From positions 1 through 60,719 of the IMG/VR virus record IMGVR_UViG_3300033143_005582: DNA of 60,719 bases; one strand, 5' to 3'. Below the pieces are notes generated by a model. It saw nothing but the letters and a program-made list of their open reading frames with translations. It made no database searches and was not told the origin of the DNA. Below, one piece after another: positions 29,345-38,280 of this stretch. This DNA comes from a virus. Its lineage: Duplodnaviria; Caudoviricetes. Both the position numbers and the translations under genes were made by a program. How positions within the stretch are numbered: the first letter of the stretch is position 1; each line of letters begins with the position of its first letter.

Positions 29345-29998
29345 ATGGAAATAAATAATCAAAATATAGGTAAAATAAAATTAATTTCTCTAAAAAAGAC
29401 TAAAAAAGACTTTTTGTTTTTTAAAGAAATATTTGGTAATAAAGATATAATGAAAACTATATCATTATATGATCGCAAGGTTTCAAAGAAAAATTTTAGA
29501 AAAGATTTTGATTTAAGAAATTGTACTCATAAAAAGTATAATTTAGGGAGTTATAAAATAACTAATGATAAAAATGATATTATAGGTATAACCTCCTTAC
29601 TTTTGTTAAAAACAAATAAACAAAATCAACCAACAATTTTAGAATTTGAATATTTTATAAGTCCAAAATTTCAATCAAAAAGAATAGGGAGTGATACGGC
29701 AAAATTCCTTATAGACTATGCTTTTAAAAATTTCCTCAAAGTGAAAAGGATATATGCAACAGCTTTAACTGACAATTTTCCATCTCAAATCATCATGCAC
29801 AGATTAGGTTTTAAATATATTGGAAAAAAACAAAGAAAAGATGGTGGACTAGTTAATTTAAGATATATTACAAAATTTAGATTTTATTTAAACAAAATCA
29901 AACCTTTCAAAAGAAAAACCAATTATTATATTAAATTGATTAAAAAACTAAATAAAAAGAAATCAAAAATAAACTTATATAATACTCAAGATTTATAG
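29345..29998 (+). CDS. GNAT (RimJ/RimL-like) N-acetyltransferase
   Basis: EFEYFISPKFQSKRIG, IYATALTDNFPSQIIMHRLGF; likely start ATG 29345. Confidence 0.85.
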   Translation: MEINNQNIGKIKLISLKKTKKDFLFFKEIFGNKDIMKTISLYDRKVSKKNFRKDFDLRNCTHKKYNLGSYKITNDKNDIIGITSLLLLKTNKQNQPTILEFEYFISPKFQSKRIGSDTAKFLIDYAFKNFLKVKRIYATALTDNFPSQIIMHRLGFKYIGKKQRKDGGLVNLRYITKFRFYLNKIKPFKRKTNYYIKLIKKLNKKKSKINLYNTQDL

Positions 29999-30918
29999 TT
30001 TTTGATTAAATTAATTAAAAAATCAAGGTTTTCATCTATATATTTGCCTTTTTTAACCAAAATCGCATAATTAAATTCAGAAAAAAGTTCAGGACAATAT
30101 TTATAAATCAATTCTTTTTTATCAATTTCATTTATAAAAAAATCGCCAACAGAAGACAAACAAGTATTGGTTTTTACTATTTTTTTTGCTATATCCCAAT
30201 TTCCTTTGTCTAAATTGATATTAATTTTATTGTTATGCGTATTGATAAAGCTTTTGTACATATCTGATACCATGTAGTTGCTTATATGAAAAAATTTGAA
30301 GTCTTTTATTTCATTTATTGATATTGTATTTTTTTCAATTTCATTCAACTTATGTTTTTTATTTGCAATTATAACTAATTTGAATTTAAAAATTGGTATA
30401 AAGTTAAATTCAGGTATAATTTCTTCATTTTCTTTAAAAGGATAAATAAGAATGTCTAAATTATCATTTTGAAGTTTTTTTAAAGCTTCTATTTTTGGTA
30501 AATTGTAAATATTTATTTTTGTTTTTTGATATTTATCAGAGTGTAATTTTAAAAGATTAGGCAGTATATTTGAAATTGCTGTATAATGAACCCCAATATT
30601 TATATTTTGTAATTTTATATTTTTTACTTTTGTTAAAAATTCCTCAAAAATTCCGTCGGCATCTTGAATTAAACGAATTGCTTTATCATATAAAGCCTTT
30701 CCTTTATCATTTACTATTAATTTTTTACCCTTTCTTTTAAATAATTGCATTCCTAAATCAATCTCAAGCGACTTAATTTGTACTGAAATAGTTGATTGGT
30801 CTAAACCCATTCTTTCGGAAGCTTTTTTTGTTGTCCCTTCTTGAATTGTATAACAAAAGCCTTTTAACTGCTGTAATCGGCTTTTTTTGTAATAAAATTG
30901 TTTTAAATTACACTGCAT
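29986..30918 (-). CDS. LysR-family transcriptional regulator
   Basis: HTH ASERMGLDQSTISVQIKSLEIDLGMQLFKR plus substrate-binding domain; start ATG 30918 because TTGACA-16-TATATT overlaps the longer start. Confidence 0.93.
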   Translation of the reverse strand: MQCNLKQFYYKKSRLQQLKGFCYTIQEGTTKKASERMGLDQSTISVQIKSLEIDLGMQLFKRKGKKLIVNDKGKALYDKAIRLIQDADGIFEEFLTKVKNIKLQNINIGVHYTAISNILPNLLKLHSDKYQKTKINIYNLPKIEALKKLQNDNLDILIYPFKENEEIIPEFNFIPIFKFKLVIIANKKHKLNEIEKNTISINEIKDFKFFHISNYMVSDMYKSFINTHNNKININLDKGNWDIAKKIVKTNTCLSSVGDFFINEIDKKELIYKYCPELFSEFNYAILVKKGKYIDENLDFLINLIKNYKS

Positions 30919-31001
30919 ATTAATTTTATTAATTAATAAATTATTATTATTAATATAACTCACTTTACTTAATTGTCAATTAAATTAATATATTAATTAA
31001 C

Positions 31002-31111
31002 AAATGAATAAATTTCATTTTGTTATTTTAAATTGTGAATTATTATAAAGGATTTTGATTTTACTGATAAATTACCAAGATTTTTTCAAAGTACACTCAT
31101 ATTGAATGAGT
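31002..31111. promoter_or_regulatory. Two palindromic T-N11-A (LysR-box-like) sites
   Basis: AAATGAA-TAAAT-TTCATTT (31002-31020) and ACTCAT-ATTGA-ATGAGT (31095-31111) upstream of lysR. Confidence 0.5.
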
Positions 31112-31281
31112 TTTTGAGGAAAAAACAAGTATAATTCGGTACAATACATAATATACCTTATGAAGTCCTTTGTAATTTATTACTTGCTTTAAAGCAATGT
31201 ACGGGACAATTTATAATTGGAGTTGATATGGTAGGAGTTAATAGGAAATTATAAAATTTATTAACAATAAAAAATATAATT

Positions 31282-31794
31282 ATGAAGATTAAAACATCTG
31301 AATTAAAAAAAGATAAAAAATTAACAGAAATAAATAATACCATGTTAGAATCAATTAATTTTTTTAATGTAAAAGAAAAGAAAAAAGATATTATAGAAAA
31401 AAAATTTGATCCTATAGTTAAACCAAAAATAGCATTACAAAGTAAAAAAATAGAATTAGAAAATGAACTTGAAAAATTGAAAAAAGAAGTAAAAAGATTA
31501 AAAAAAGAAAAAAACAAACGAAAAAAGAAAATAAAAGAGTTGGATTATGATTTGAAGTTAAAAAAAGATAAATCAAAAAATTTAAGAAATAAAAAAATAT
31601 TATCTCATTATAGACCTCATAGTTTTAAAATCAAAAGAGAAGATTATAATTCATTATGTAAAAAAGTTGATATTATAGAAAAAAAAGAATTATCAAAAAA
31701 AGGAAATTGGCATAAATTTTTAAATAAAGTTGATTTTTTAGGATTTTTTAAGTGTTGTGATGCTCCTAATAATATAGATATAAAAATCTTATAA
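31282..31794 (+). CDS. Lys-rich coiled-coil hypothetical protein
   Basis: ORF divergent from lysR. Confidence 0.5.
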   Translation: MKIKTSELKKDKKLTEINNTMLESINFFNVKEKKKDIIEKKFDPIVKPKIALQSKKIELENELEKLKKEVKRLKKEKNKRKKKIKELDYDLKLKKDKSKNLRNKKILSHYRPHSFKIKREDYNSLCKKVDIIEKKELSKKGNWHKFLNKVDFLGFFKCCDAPNNIDIKIL

Positions 31795-31876
31795 TTTTAA
31801 AACCGAATAACAAAACTAAAAGCAACGAAAAGTGAATATTTAACAACACTATGGTTTAAAATAAAAAAGGATTTTT

Positions 31877-32071
31877 ATGGAAACAAAAAAATTAATTTTA
31901 AACTTTGAAAAAGAACTTTCTAATTTAGTAGAAAAATCTAAATCAGAAATTAAAACAATCAAAACTAAAAATCAAAAAGAAAAAGAGGACATTCGTAATA
32001 AATTATCTATTCAATGGGAAAGATTAATTGCTTCTGTTGAAATCATCAGACTAAAAATAGGCGAGTTATGA
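31877..32071 (+). CDS. Hypothetical protein
   Basis: RBS AAGGA. Confidence 0.55.
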   Translation: METKKLILNFEKELSNLVEKSKSEIKTIKTKNQKEKEDIRNKLSIQWERLIASVEIIRLKIGEL

Positions 32072-32286
32072 AAAAATTGACCTTTCAAGAATATGACTCA
32101 TTAATTCAAGCGATTAAATATAATAATGGGAAAATCTTTTTGTCATGTGTTAATGAAAATATTGTAAATTCATTATGTGATAAAGGCTTTGTTAATATCA
32201 ATAAAGATATTGCAATTGCAACAAAAAATGTTATAACATTATTTGAAATTGAAGGCGAGAAAGGATTTGAAAAATTATTGAAATAA
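32068..32286 (+). CDS. Hypothetical (wHTH-like) protein
   Basis: Coupled ORF; SLCDKGFV. Confidence 0.5.
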   Translation: MKKLTFQEYDSLIQAIKYNNGKIFLSCVNENIVNSLCDKGFVNINKDIAIATKNVITLFEIEGEKGFEKLLK

Positions 32287-32331
32287 TATTATTATATAAT
32301 AAATTATTAAATTATTAATTAAATAAAGAAA

Positions 32332-32745
32332 ATGATGGAAGATAGATTTAAGTTTAAAGTTTGGGATAAAGAAAATAAATGTTTTTTAATAGAAAGAAAA
32401 CAAGAATTTAACAAACAATTTTTTGCTGTTTATGAACTTGATGATAAAAGTGCTTTTAGTAGTTTGGGTTGGTGTTTAGAAAAAAAAGAATTTAAAGTAA
32501 TACAATCCATAGGCATAAGAGACTTAAACAAAAAATTAATATATGACGGTTTTATCTTAAAAGATATTAATTTTCCTCAATTTTTATATAAAGTAATTTG
32601 GGACAAAGATAAATGTAAGTTTAAATTTCAAATAGCTAATAAAACTAATATTGATTATAATTTAATAAAAGTTGATAAAGAATATAGCGAAAAGTATTTA
32701 GAAGTTATCGGAAATATTTATGAGAATAAAGATTTATTAAAATAA
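32332..32745 (+). CDS. YopX-family protein
   Basis: FKFKVWDK, QSIGIRDLNKKLIYDG, EVIGNIYENKDLL. Confidence 0.9.
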   Translation: MMEDRFKFKVWDKENKCFLIERKQEFNKQFFAVYELDDKSAFSSLGWCLEKKEFKVIQSIGIRDLNKKLIYDGFILKDINFPQFLYKVIWDKDKCKFKFQIANKTNIDYNLIKVDKEYSEKYLEVIGNIYENKDLLK

Positions 32746-32866
32746 TATATTATGGAATAATTTTAAAACTCAATATTTATAAGGGTTTTAATTATTAAAT
32801 TATAACAAAAACAAGTGTAAAGTTGCATAATTAATGTTATGGAATAATTAAAAAAAAGGAAAGGAT

Positions 32867-33112
32867 ATGATTTTAGATGTTAACAAAGTTCAAGAAAAAA
32901 TATATAAGAAGACTGTTCTAGTAGAAAAAGAAGGAATGACACCAAAACAATTTGAAGAAAAAATGAAAGAGATTTATAAACCTGATGAAGAAGGTTATGA
33001 TAAAGAAGGTTGTCATATAGAAGCAGATACTTTAATGCAAAATATATTGAAGAATTTAGGTTATAAAAAAGGAGTAGAAATCTTTGAAAAAGCCGACAAA
33101 TGGTATACTTAG
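32867..33112 (+). CDS. Small conserved phage protein (DxExxHxxAD...LGY...KWY)
   Basis: Motif recognisable from other phage hypotheticals; strong RBS. Confidence 0.65.
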   Translation: MILDVNKVQEKIYKKTVLVEKEGMTPKQFEEKMKEIYKPDEEGYDKEGCHIEADTLMQNILKNLGYKKGVEIFEKADKWYT

Positions 33113-33128
33113 CAATTAAAATATAATT

Positions 33129-33740
33129 ATGAAAAATAAAGCTTTTGAAAATTTATCACTACAAGATATAAAAGGCGAAATTTGGAAGGATATAAAAGAT
33201 TTTGAAGGATATTATCAAATCAGTAATTTTGGTAGAGTTAAGAGATTAGAAAGAGAAATATTGAAACAAGGACGTTATATAAAACTTCCATTAATGATAA
33301 GAAAATCTTATAGAAATTACAGAGGGAAGAACCAAACTACTACTCTTATTCTTATAATTTCTTTTGATAAAGTAAATTATCGTTATCGTACTAAAAAATT
33401 AGTAATAGACGCTTTCGGAAATAAGAAATGTAAAAGTAAAAAAAAATGGATTTTTCATAAAGATATGGATTACACCAATAATCATATTAATAATTTATAT
33501 TATGGTAATGAAGATGATATATCAAATATTGTTAATAAAAGAAAAAGAGAAAAAGGTAAATTAAGTAAATATAAAGGAGTTAGCAAACAATCAAATGGAA
33601 TATATCAAATGTCAATTAATATTAAAGGAAAAGTGATAAGAAAAGCATTTAAAAAAGAAATAGACGCAATGAAAAAATACGATTTTTATATTAAAAAATA
33701 TAATTTAAAAAGAGAAGGCAATTTTATTAACAAAAATTGA
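33129..33740 (+). CDS. NUMOD4 / degenerate HNH / AP2-like homing-endonuclease-type protein
   Basis: EIWKDIKDFEGYYQISNFGRVK, HKD..NNHINNL, SKYKGVS. Confidence 0.82.
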   Translation: MKNKAFENLSLQDIKGEIWKDIKDFEGYYQISNFGRVKRLEREILKQGRYIKLPLMIRKSYRNYRGKNQTTTLILIISFDKVNYRYRTKKLVIDAFGNKKCKSKKKWIFHKDMDYTNNHINNLYYGNEDDISNIVNKRKREKGKLSKYKGVSKQSNGIYQMSINIKGKVIRKAFKKEIDAMKKYDFYIKKYNLKREGNFINKN

Positions 33741-33745
33741 AATAA

Positions 33746-34072
33746 ATGCCAATTTATAAAGATAATAGCAAAGTAAACAGGTTTGATGTAGGTATTTACG
33801 CAACAACAAATAAAATATGGTGGACAAAGGGAAAAGAATTAAAAACAATAGAAATTAACAAAGTTTATAAAATTGTTGACTTTAGAGATACCAAAGAATT
33901 CAATGATTTTGATAAAATTTCTCTTTATGTAAAAAAACCTATGAAATCTGAAATTCACTTGTTTAATACTTGGAAAAATACTAAAATTGGGAAAGCAAGA
34001 AATGAAATTGAGTTAAAAAAATTAATTTTAAACTACCGATTTAAATATGACAAAAGAAAAAACAAAAGTTAA
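33746..34072 (+). CDS. Hypothetical protein
   Basis: ORF in operon. Confidence 0.5.
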   Translation: MPIYKDNSKVNRFDVGIYATTNKIWWTKGKELKTIEINKVYKIVDFRDTKEFNDFDKISLYVKKPMKSEIHLFNTWKNTKIGKARNEIELKKLILNYRFKYDKRKNKS

Positions 34073-35336
34073 AACTATATTATCATCTTTATTAAAGATG
34101 AAAAAAGAAAAAACAAAAGTTAAAACAATATTATTATCCTCATTAAAGCCAAACCCAAAAAATCCTCGTTCAATTACTGACGAAAATCTTGAAAAACTTT
34201 GTAAGTCTATTAAGAATTTTAATAGAATGCTAACATTAAGACCGATGATTGTTGACGAAAACAATATCGTACTTGGTGGTAATATGCGTTTGCAAGCATT
34301 AAAAAAGCTTGGTTATAAAGAAATTCCTGAAAATTGGGTTAAAAAAACTTTGGATTTAACCGAAGAAGAAAAAAGACAATTTTTAATAAAAGATAATATT
34401 GAGTACGGCGATTGGGAAGAGAAAATTTTAAAAGATAACTATGATATTTTTGAGTTAAAAGAATTTAATATTGATATAGATATTGAAATGGATTTTGGTG
34501 GTGATGACAATGAAGAAGAACCAAAAGAAGATGAATGCCCAGCGTTAAAAAAAGAAAGTATTGTTAAAATGGGTGATTTGTGGTTGTTGGGAAAACATCG
34601 CCTTCGTTGTGGTGATTCTACAATTATTTCACATATTGATGATTTAATAAATAACGAGAAAATCAATTTAGTTTTTTGTGATCCTCCGTATGGAATAAAT
34701 TATAGTGGTGGAAGAACTCAAGTTGTTAATAAAAAAGAATATGGAAAATTAAAAAACGATAATTTAAAAGGAAAAGAATTGGCAAATTTGATTTGTAATA
34801 TTTTTAATTTTGGTCAAAAAGAAACTTATATATGTGTATCTCCAATTAAAATAAAACCATTTTTAGATTTTATATATGATAATAAAAAAGAAGTTAATTC
34901 AGTTATTGTTTGGGATAAAGGAAATGCTGGATTAGGTTATATGCCTTATAGACGTCAATGTGAATTTATATTATATGTTAGAGATAAGCCATTTACTAAA
35001 AAAGACAAAAGCGATTTTGATTTATGGCAAATTAATCGGGATAATTCAAAAGATTATGTTCACGGAACACAAAAACCAGTTGGAGTCCCAGCAAGAGCTA
35101 TAAAAAATTCTTCTAAAAAGAATGATATAGTTTTGGATTTGTTTGGAGGTTCGGGTTCAACACTTATAGCATGCGAACAATTAAATCGTAAATGTTATAT
35201 GATGGAGTTGGACGAGATATATTGCCAAGTAATTTTGGATAGATACCTTAATTTCAAACAAAACAAAGGCAAAGATGTATTTTTATTAAAAGATGGGAAA
35301 AAGATACTTTATAAAGAAATTGTAAAAAAAATATAA
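34047..35336 (+). CDS. ParB-like N-domain + N6A/N4C DNA methyltransferase
   Basis: LKPNPKNPR..LGGNMR; CGDS, DPPY, HGTQKP, LDLFGGSGST. Confidence 0.92.
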   Translation: MTKEKTKVKTILSSLLKMKKEKTKVKTILLSSLKPNPKNPRSITDENLEKLCKSIKNFNRMLTLRPMIVDENNIVLGGNMRLQALKKLGYKEIPENWVKKTLDLTEEEKRQFLIKDNIEYGDWEEKILKDNYDIFELKEFNIDIDIEMDFGGDDNEEEPKEDECPALKKESIVKMGDLWLLGKHRLRCGDSTIISHIDDLINNEKINLVFCDPPYGINYSGGRTQVVNKKEYGKLKNDNLKGKELANLICNIFNFGQKETYICVSPIKIKPFLDFIYDNKKEVNSVIVWDKGNAGLGYMPYRRQCEFILYVRDKPFTKKDKSDFDLWQINRDNSKDYVHGTQKPVGVPARAIKNSSKKNDIVLDLFGGSGSTLIACEQLNRKCYMMELDEIYCQVILDRYLNFKQNKGKDVFLLKDGKKILYKEIVKKI

Positions 35337-35960
35337 GAAATATTCCCAAAATATTCCTACTTGACAAATGCTTGACAAAATATAAAGATTTTTATTGCAA
35401 AAATCCCGAACTCCGCATTAATTCCTAATCTCTGTGCTTGACGGGTACTTGATTTCTACTTGATGAGTACTTGCTAATTACTTGCTAATTACTTGCTAAT
35501 TACTTGCTGTTTACATAATTTGAAAAAAACACCAGTTGAAAACACTGATAAACATTGAGTTTTATTAAAAAGCAACTGGTGTTTTTTTTAAATAATATCA
35601 GTTAAAAGAAAAAAAACACCAGTTGATTCTTATTTGATAAATTGGCGACTGACATCAATGTCATTTGCAAAATACCCTTTATTAATCAATGTTTCTTTAT
35701 TTGATGGTTATTTGATTTTGTGAGGGACATTGATGTCCCTCACTAAATTTTACTTGCTAATTTACTTGCAAACGCTAATGCAAGTTAAAATTAAATCCAT
35801 ATTTTAAGCGGGTTTTGGGCAGTTTAACTTGCTTTTCATCTCTTTTTATGTGTTTTATGAGTATCTAAATGTTTTGTATGTGTTAGACGAGTAGCATATA
35901 GCAAAATCAACTTTATAATATGCTAATTTTTTAGCATAAAGTAGACAATATGCAAAAAAA
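35337..35960. repeat. Non-coding mosaic of phased iterons and inverted repeats
   Basis: Seven (A/G)CTTG units at 11-bp spacing (35436-35506); AAAAAAACACCAGTTG x3; GACATCAATGTC inverted pair; GCAAGTTAAA inverted pair. Confidence 0.85.
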
Positions 35961-35961
35961 C

Positions 35962-35989
35962 TTGACAATTAAATAAAAACTAATATTAT
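35962..35989 (+). promoter_or_regulatory. Sigma70 promoter
   Basis: TTGACA-16-TATTAT upstream of the HTH gene. Confidence 0.65.
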
Positions 35990-36029
35990 ATTTATATAAA
36001 ACGTGGTATACAATAATATTATATTAGTT

Positions 36030-36212
36030 ATGAAAGGAAAAGAATTTAAAGAAATACGATTAAGATTAGGTTTATCAATGCCAAAACTCGGTAAGGAAAT
36101 AGGTAAATCATCTAATCAGATATTTCTATATGAAAAAGATAAAGCTAAAATCCCATTATCAATTGAAAGATTAATGAGAAATTTTGATATTAATAATGTT
36201 AAAAAGAAATGA
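36030..36212 (+). CDS. XRE/Cro-like HTH regulator
   Basis: FKEIRLRLGLSMPKLGKEIG..IFLYE..IP. Confidence 0.85.
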   Translation: MKGKEFKEIRLRLGLSMPKLGKEIGKSSNQIFLYEKDKAKIPLSIERLMRNFDINNVKKK

Positions 36213-36766
36213 ACGAATATAGAAAAATCTTTAGAGAAATACAAGGATACAAACTATTTCCATCTTTTGAAAAAAAAGATAGTGAAAAAGCTATAAAATT
36301 AATAGAAAAATATTCTTGGGCTGTTCCTAATAAAAAAGCTATAAAAGAAATATGTAAATTTGGTGCTATTATTGAAATTGGAGCAGGTGGAGGATATTGG
36401 GCAAGTTTAATCAAAAAAGCTGGTGGTAATATTATTGCTTATGATAATTTATCAACTCATCAATTAAAAAATACAAAATATTGGTTTAAAGTAAAATATG
36501 GAAGTTTTGAGAAAATAAAACAACATAAAAATAGAATATTATTTTTATGTTTTCCTCCATGCAAAAGCAATATGGCTTTTGATTGTTTAAATAATTATAC
36601 AGGAGAATATTTTTTATATATTGGAGAGGAATTAGAAGGATGTAAAGGAAATGAAAGTTTTTTTAATGAAATTTTTGAAAATTGGAATTTAATAAAAACT
36701 ATTGATATACCTTCTTATGGTGGAGTTTTTGATAGTTTATTTATTTATAAAAGAAAAGTTAAATAG
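36209..36766 (+). CDS. Class I SAM-dependent methyltransferase-like protein
   Basis: YSWAVP, IEIGAGGGYWA, LFLCFPP, YIGE. Confidence 0.75.
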   Translation: MNEYRKIFREIQGYKLFPSFEKKDSEKAIKLIEKYSWAVPNKKAIKEICKFGAIIEIGAGGGYWASLIKKAGGNIIAYDNLSTHQLKNTKYWFKVKYGSFEKIKQHKNRILFLCFPPCKSNMAFDCLNNYTGEYFLYIGEELEGCKGNESFFNEIFENWNLIKTIDIPSYGGVFDSLFIYKRKVK

Positions 36767-36768
36767 AA

Positions 36769-36978
36769 ATGTACCAAAAACAAACTGACAAATTAAAATC
36801 TTTTTATACTCACCACTGGGTATTTTTTGACAAAAAAGGGCAAATCATAGAAAAATGTCCATGCACCATAAAAGAAAAAAACTCAAGTGCTGAAAGTTAT
36901 AAAAATGAAATATGTGCAGATAGTTTTGAAAAAGTAAAGAATACTCTTGAAAAAGGGATGCAAGTGGGTTTTTCTTAA
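36769..36978 (+). CDS. Hypothetical protein
   Basis: ORF in operon. Confidence 0.45.
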   Translation: MYQKQTDKLKSFYTHHWVFFDKKGQIIEKCPCTIKEKNSSAESYKNEICADSFEKVKNTLEKGMQVGFS

Positions 36979-37027
36979 TGTCGGGAAAAATCCTAATTAT
37001 TAAATATTAATTAAATGAAAGGACGAT

Positions 37028-37450
37028 ATGAAGAAAAAGACATTAGATGAATTTTTAAAAGAAATTAATAGAGAAGAAAGCGAAATTAAAACAATATACT
37101 CTTATGAAGAGTGTAAATTAGCAGTTCAACAAGACGGCTATATTTTGAGATATGTCAAAGAACAAACAGAAGAAATTTGTAAATTAGCAGTTCAACAAAA
37201 CGGCGATAGTTTGAGATATGTCAAAGAACAAACAGAAGAAATTTGTAAATTAGCAGTTCAACAAAACGGCGATAGTTTGCAATATGTCAAAGAACAAACA
37301 GAAGAAATTTGTAAATTAGCTGTTCAACAAGACGGCGATAGTTTGAGATATGTCAATAAAAATATTTTTGTTAAATATGGTTCTTGCGAGAAACAAAAGC
37401 GAATTAAAGAATTAGAGAAAGAATTGAAAGAACTAAAACAATCTAAATAA
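37028..37450 (+). CDS. DUF4116-type tandem-repeat protein
   Basis: About four 66-bp units CKLAVQQ(D/N)GDSL(R/Q)YVKEQTEEI from 37112. Confidence 0.8.
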   Translation: MKKKTLDEFLKEINREESEIKTIYSYEECKLAVQQDGYILRYVKEQTEEICKLAVQQNGDSLRYVKEQTEEICKLAVQQNGDSLQYVKEQTEEICKLAVQQDGDSLRYVNKNIFVKYGSCEKQKRIKELEKELKELKQSK

Positions 37451-37491
37451 CATTTAGTTATTTAGAGATAATAATTAAAAAGAAAAGTGAT

Positions 37492-37707
37492 ATGATAGAT
37501 ATAAACACTTATGATTATGATATAATTAAGTTGACCCTCTTAAATCCCAAAAAAGTAAAAGATGAGTTGATGAAAAAATTAGAAGATGAAAAAGACCCAT
37601 TTTACAATGAAGGATGCGAGGAAAATAGTGAAGAAGCAGAAAAAAAGAAAAAGGCTTATGCTGATATAGAAACAAAATTACAAGAATTAGAATTTATTAA
37701 TGTTTAA
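37492..37707 (+). CDS. Acidic hypothetical protein (cassette unit)
   Basis: Between stem-loops 1 and 2. Confidence 0.6.
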   Translation: MIDINTYDYDIIKLTLLNPKKVKDELMKKLEDEKDPFYNEGCEENSEEAEKKKKAYADIETKLQELEFINV

Positions 37708-37765
37708 GAAAATCTAAATAGAATTTATTTATTTAGAATAAATAATAATTAAATATAAGGTAAAA

Positions 37766-38056
37766 ATGTTAAAAATTGAAGAATTATTAAATGAATTAGA
37801 GAATAGTTATAGGATAAATAGAGAAATTATTGTTGTTAATAAAGAAATAGATACATTAAAAATAAAAAAAGAAAGTATAAAAAAGGCAATGGAAATTACA
37901 GATAGTAAAAAAGAACGAATGAGAAAAGATATTCTTGTTGTTGAGGGAGTAATAAAAGATAGAGAAGAAAATATAATAAATAAGTTAACTTTTTATGAAG
38001 ATGAGAAATTAGAAGAAATAAGAACTAAAATTATAAAGCTAAAACAATCTAAATAA
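37766..38056 (+). CDS. Coiled-coil hypothetical protein (cassette unit)
   Basis: Between stem-loops 2 and 3; ends LKQSK like 37028-37450. Confidence 0.6.
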   Translation: MLKIEELLNELENSYRINREIIVVNKEIDTLKIKKESIKKAMEITDSKKERMRKDILVVEGVIKDREENIINKLTFYEDEKLEEIRTKIIKLKQSK

Positions 38057-38091
38057 CAATTAAGTTATTTAGAGAGTAATAAAGGGAAACA

Positions 38092-38280
38092 ATGGAACAA
38101 AAAACAAATACCATAAAAAAACTTTTCTTTAATTACTTCTGCTTCAAAAAAGATAAAATTGAAGAAGAAAATATGGAAGAGCTCTTAAGAGAAGGGGAGA
38201 AAAGACGAGAAGCTTTTGTACAAAGCTTAATAAAAAAAGAATTTGAACAAAAAGATTTTCAAACCCTAAATAACAATTAA
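38092..38280 (+). CDS. Hypothetical protein (cassette unit)
   Basis: Between stem-loops 3 and 4; RBS AAGGG. Confidence 0.55.
   Translation: MEQKTNTIKKLFFNYFCFKKDKIEEENMEELLREGEKRREAFVQSLIKKEFEQKDFQTLNNN

Noticed and set aside
35436-35512. 11-bp repeats as a mini-CRISPR or coding repeat
   Set aside because: Units abut with no spacers, and the period is not a multiple of three
32300-37020. Similar AT-only leaders (AATTATTAAA..TATTAATTAAAT) at about 32302 and 36996
   Set aside because: Low complexity; not distinguishable from chance by eye
37112-37356. 66-bp repeats as a CRISPR array or DGR template/variable pair
   Set aside because: In-frame protein repeats with no unique spacers; no cas or reverse transcriptase gene recognised
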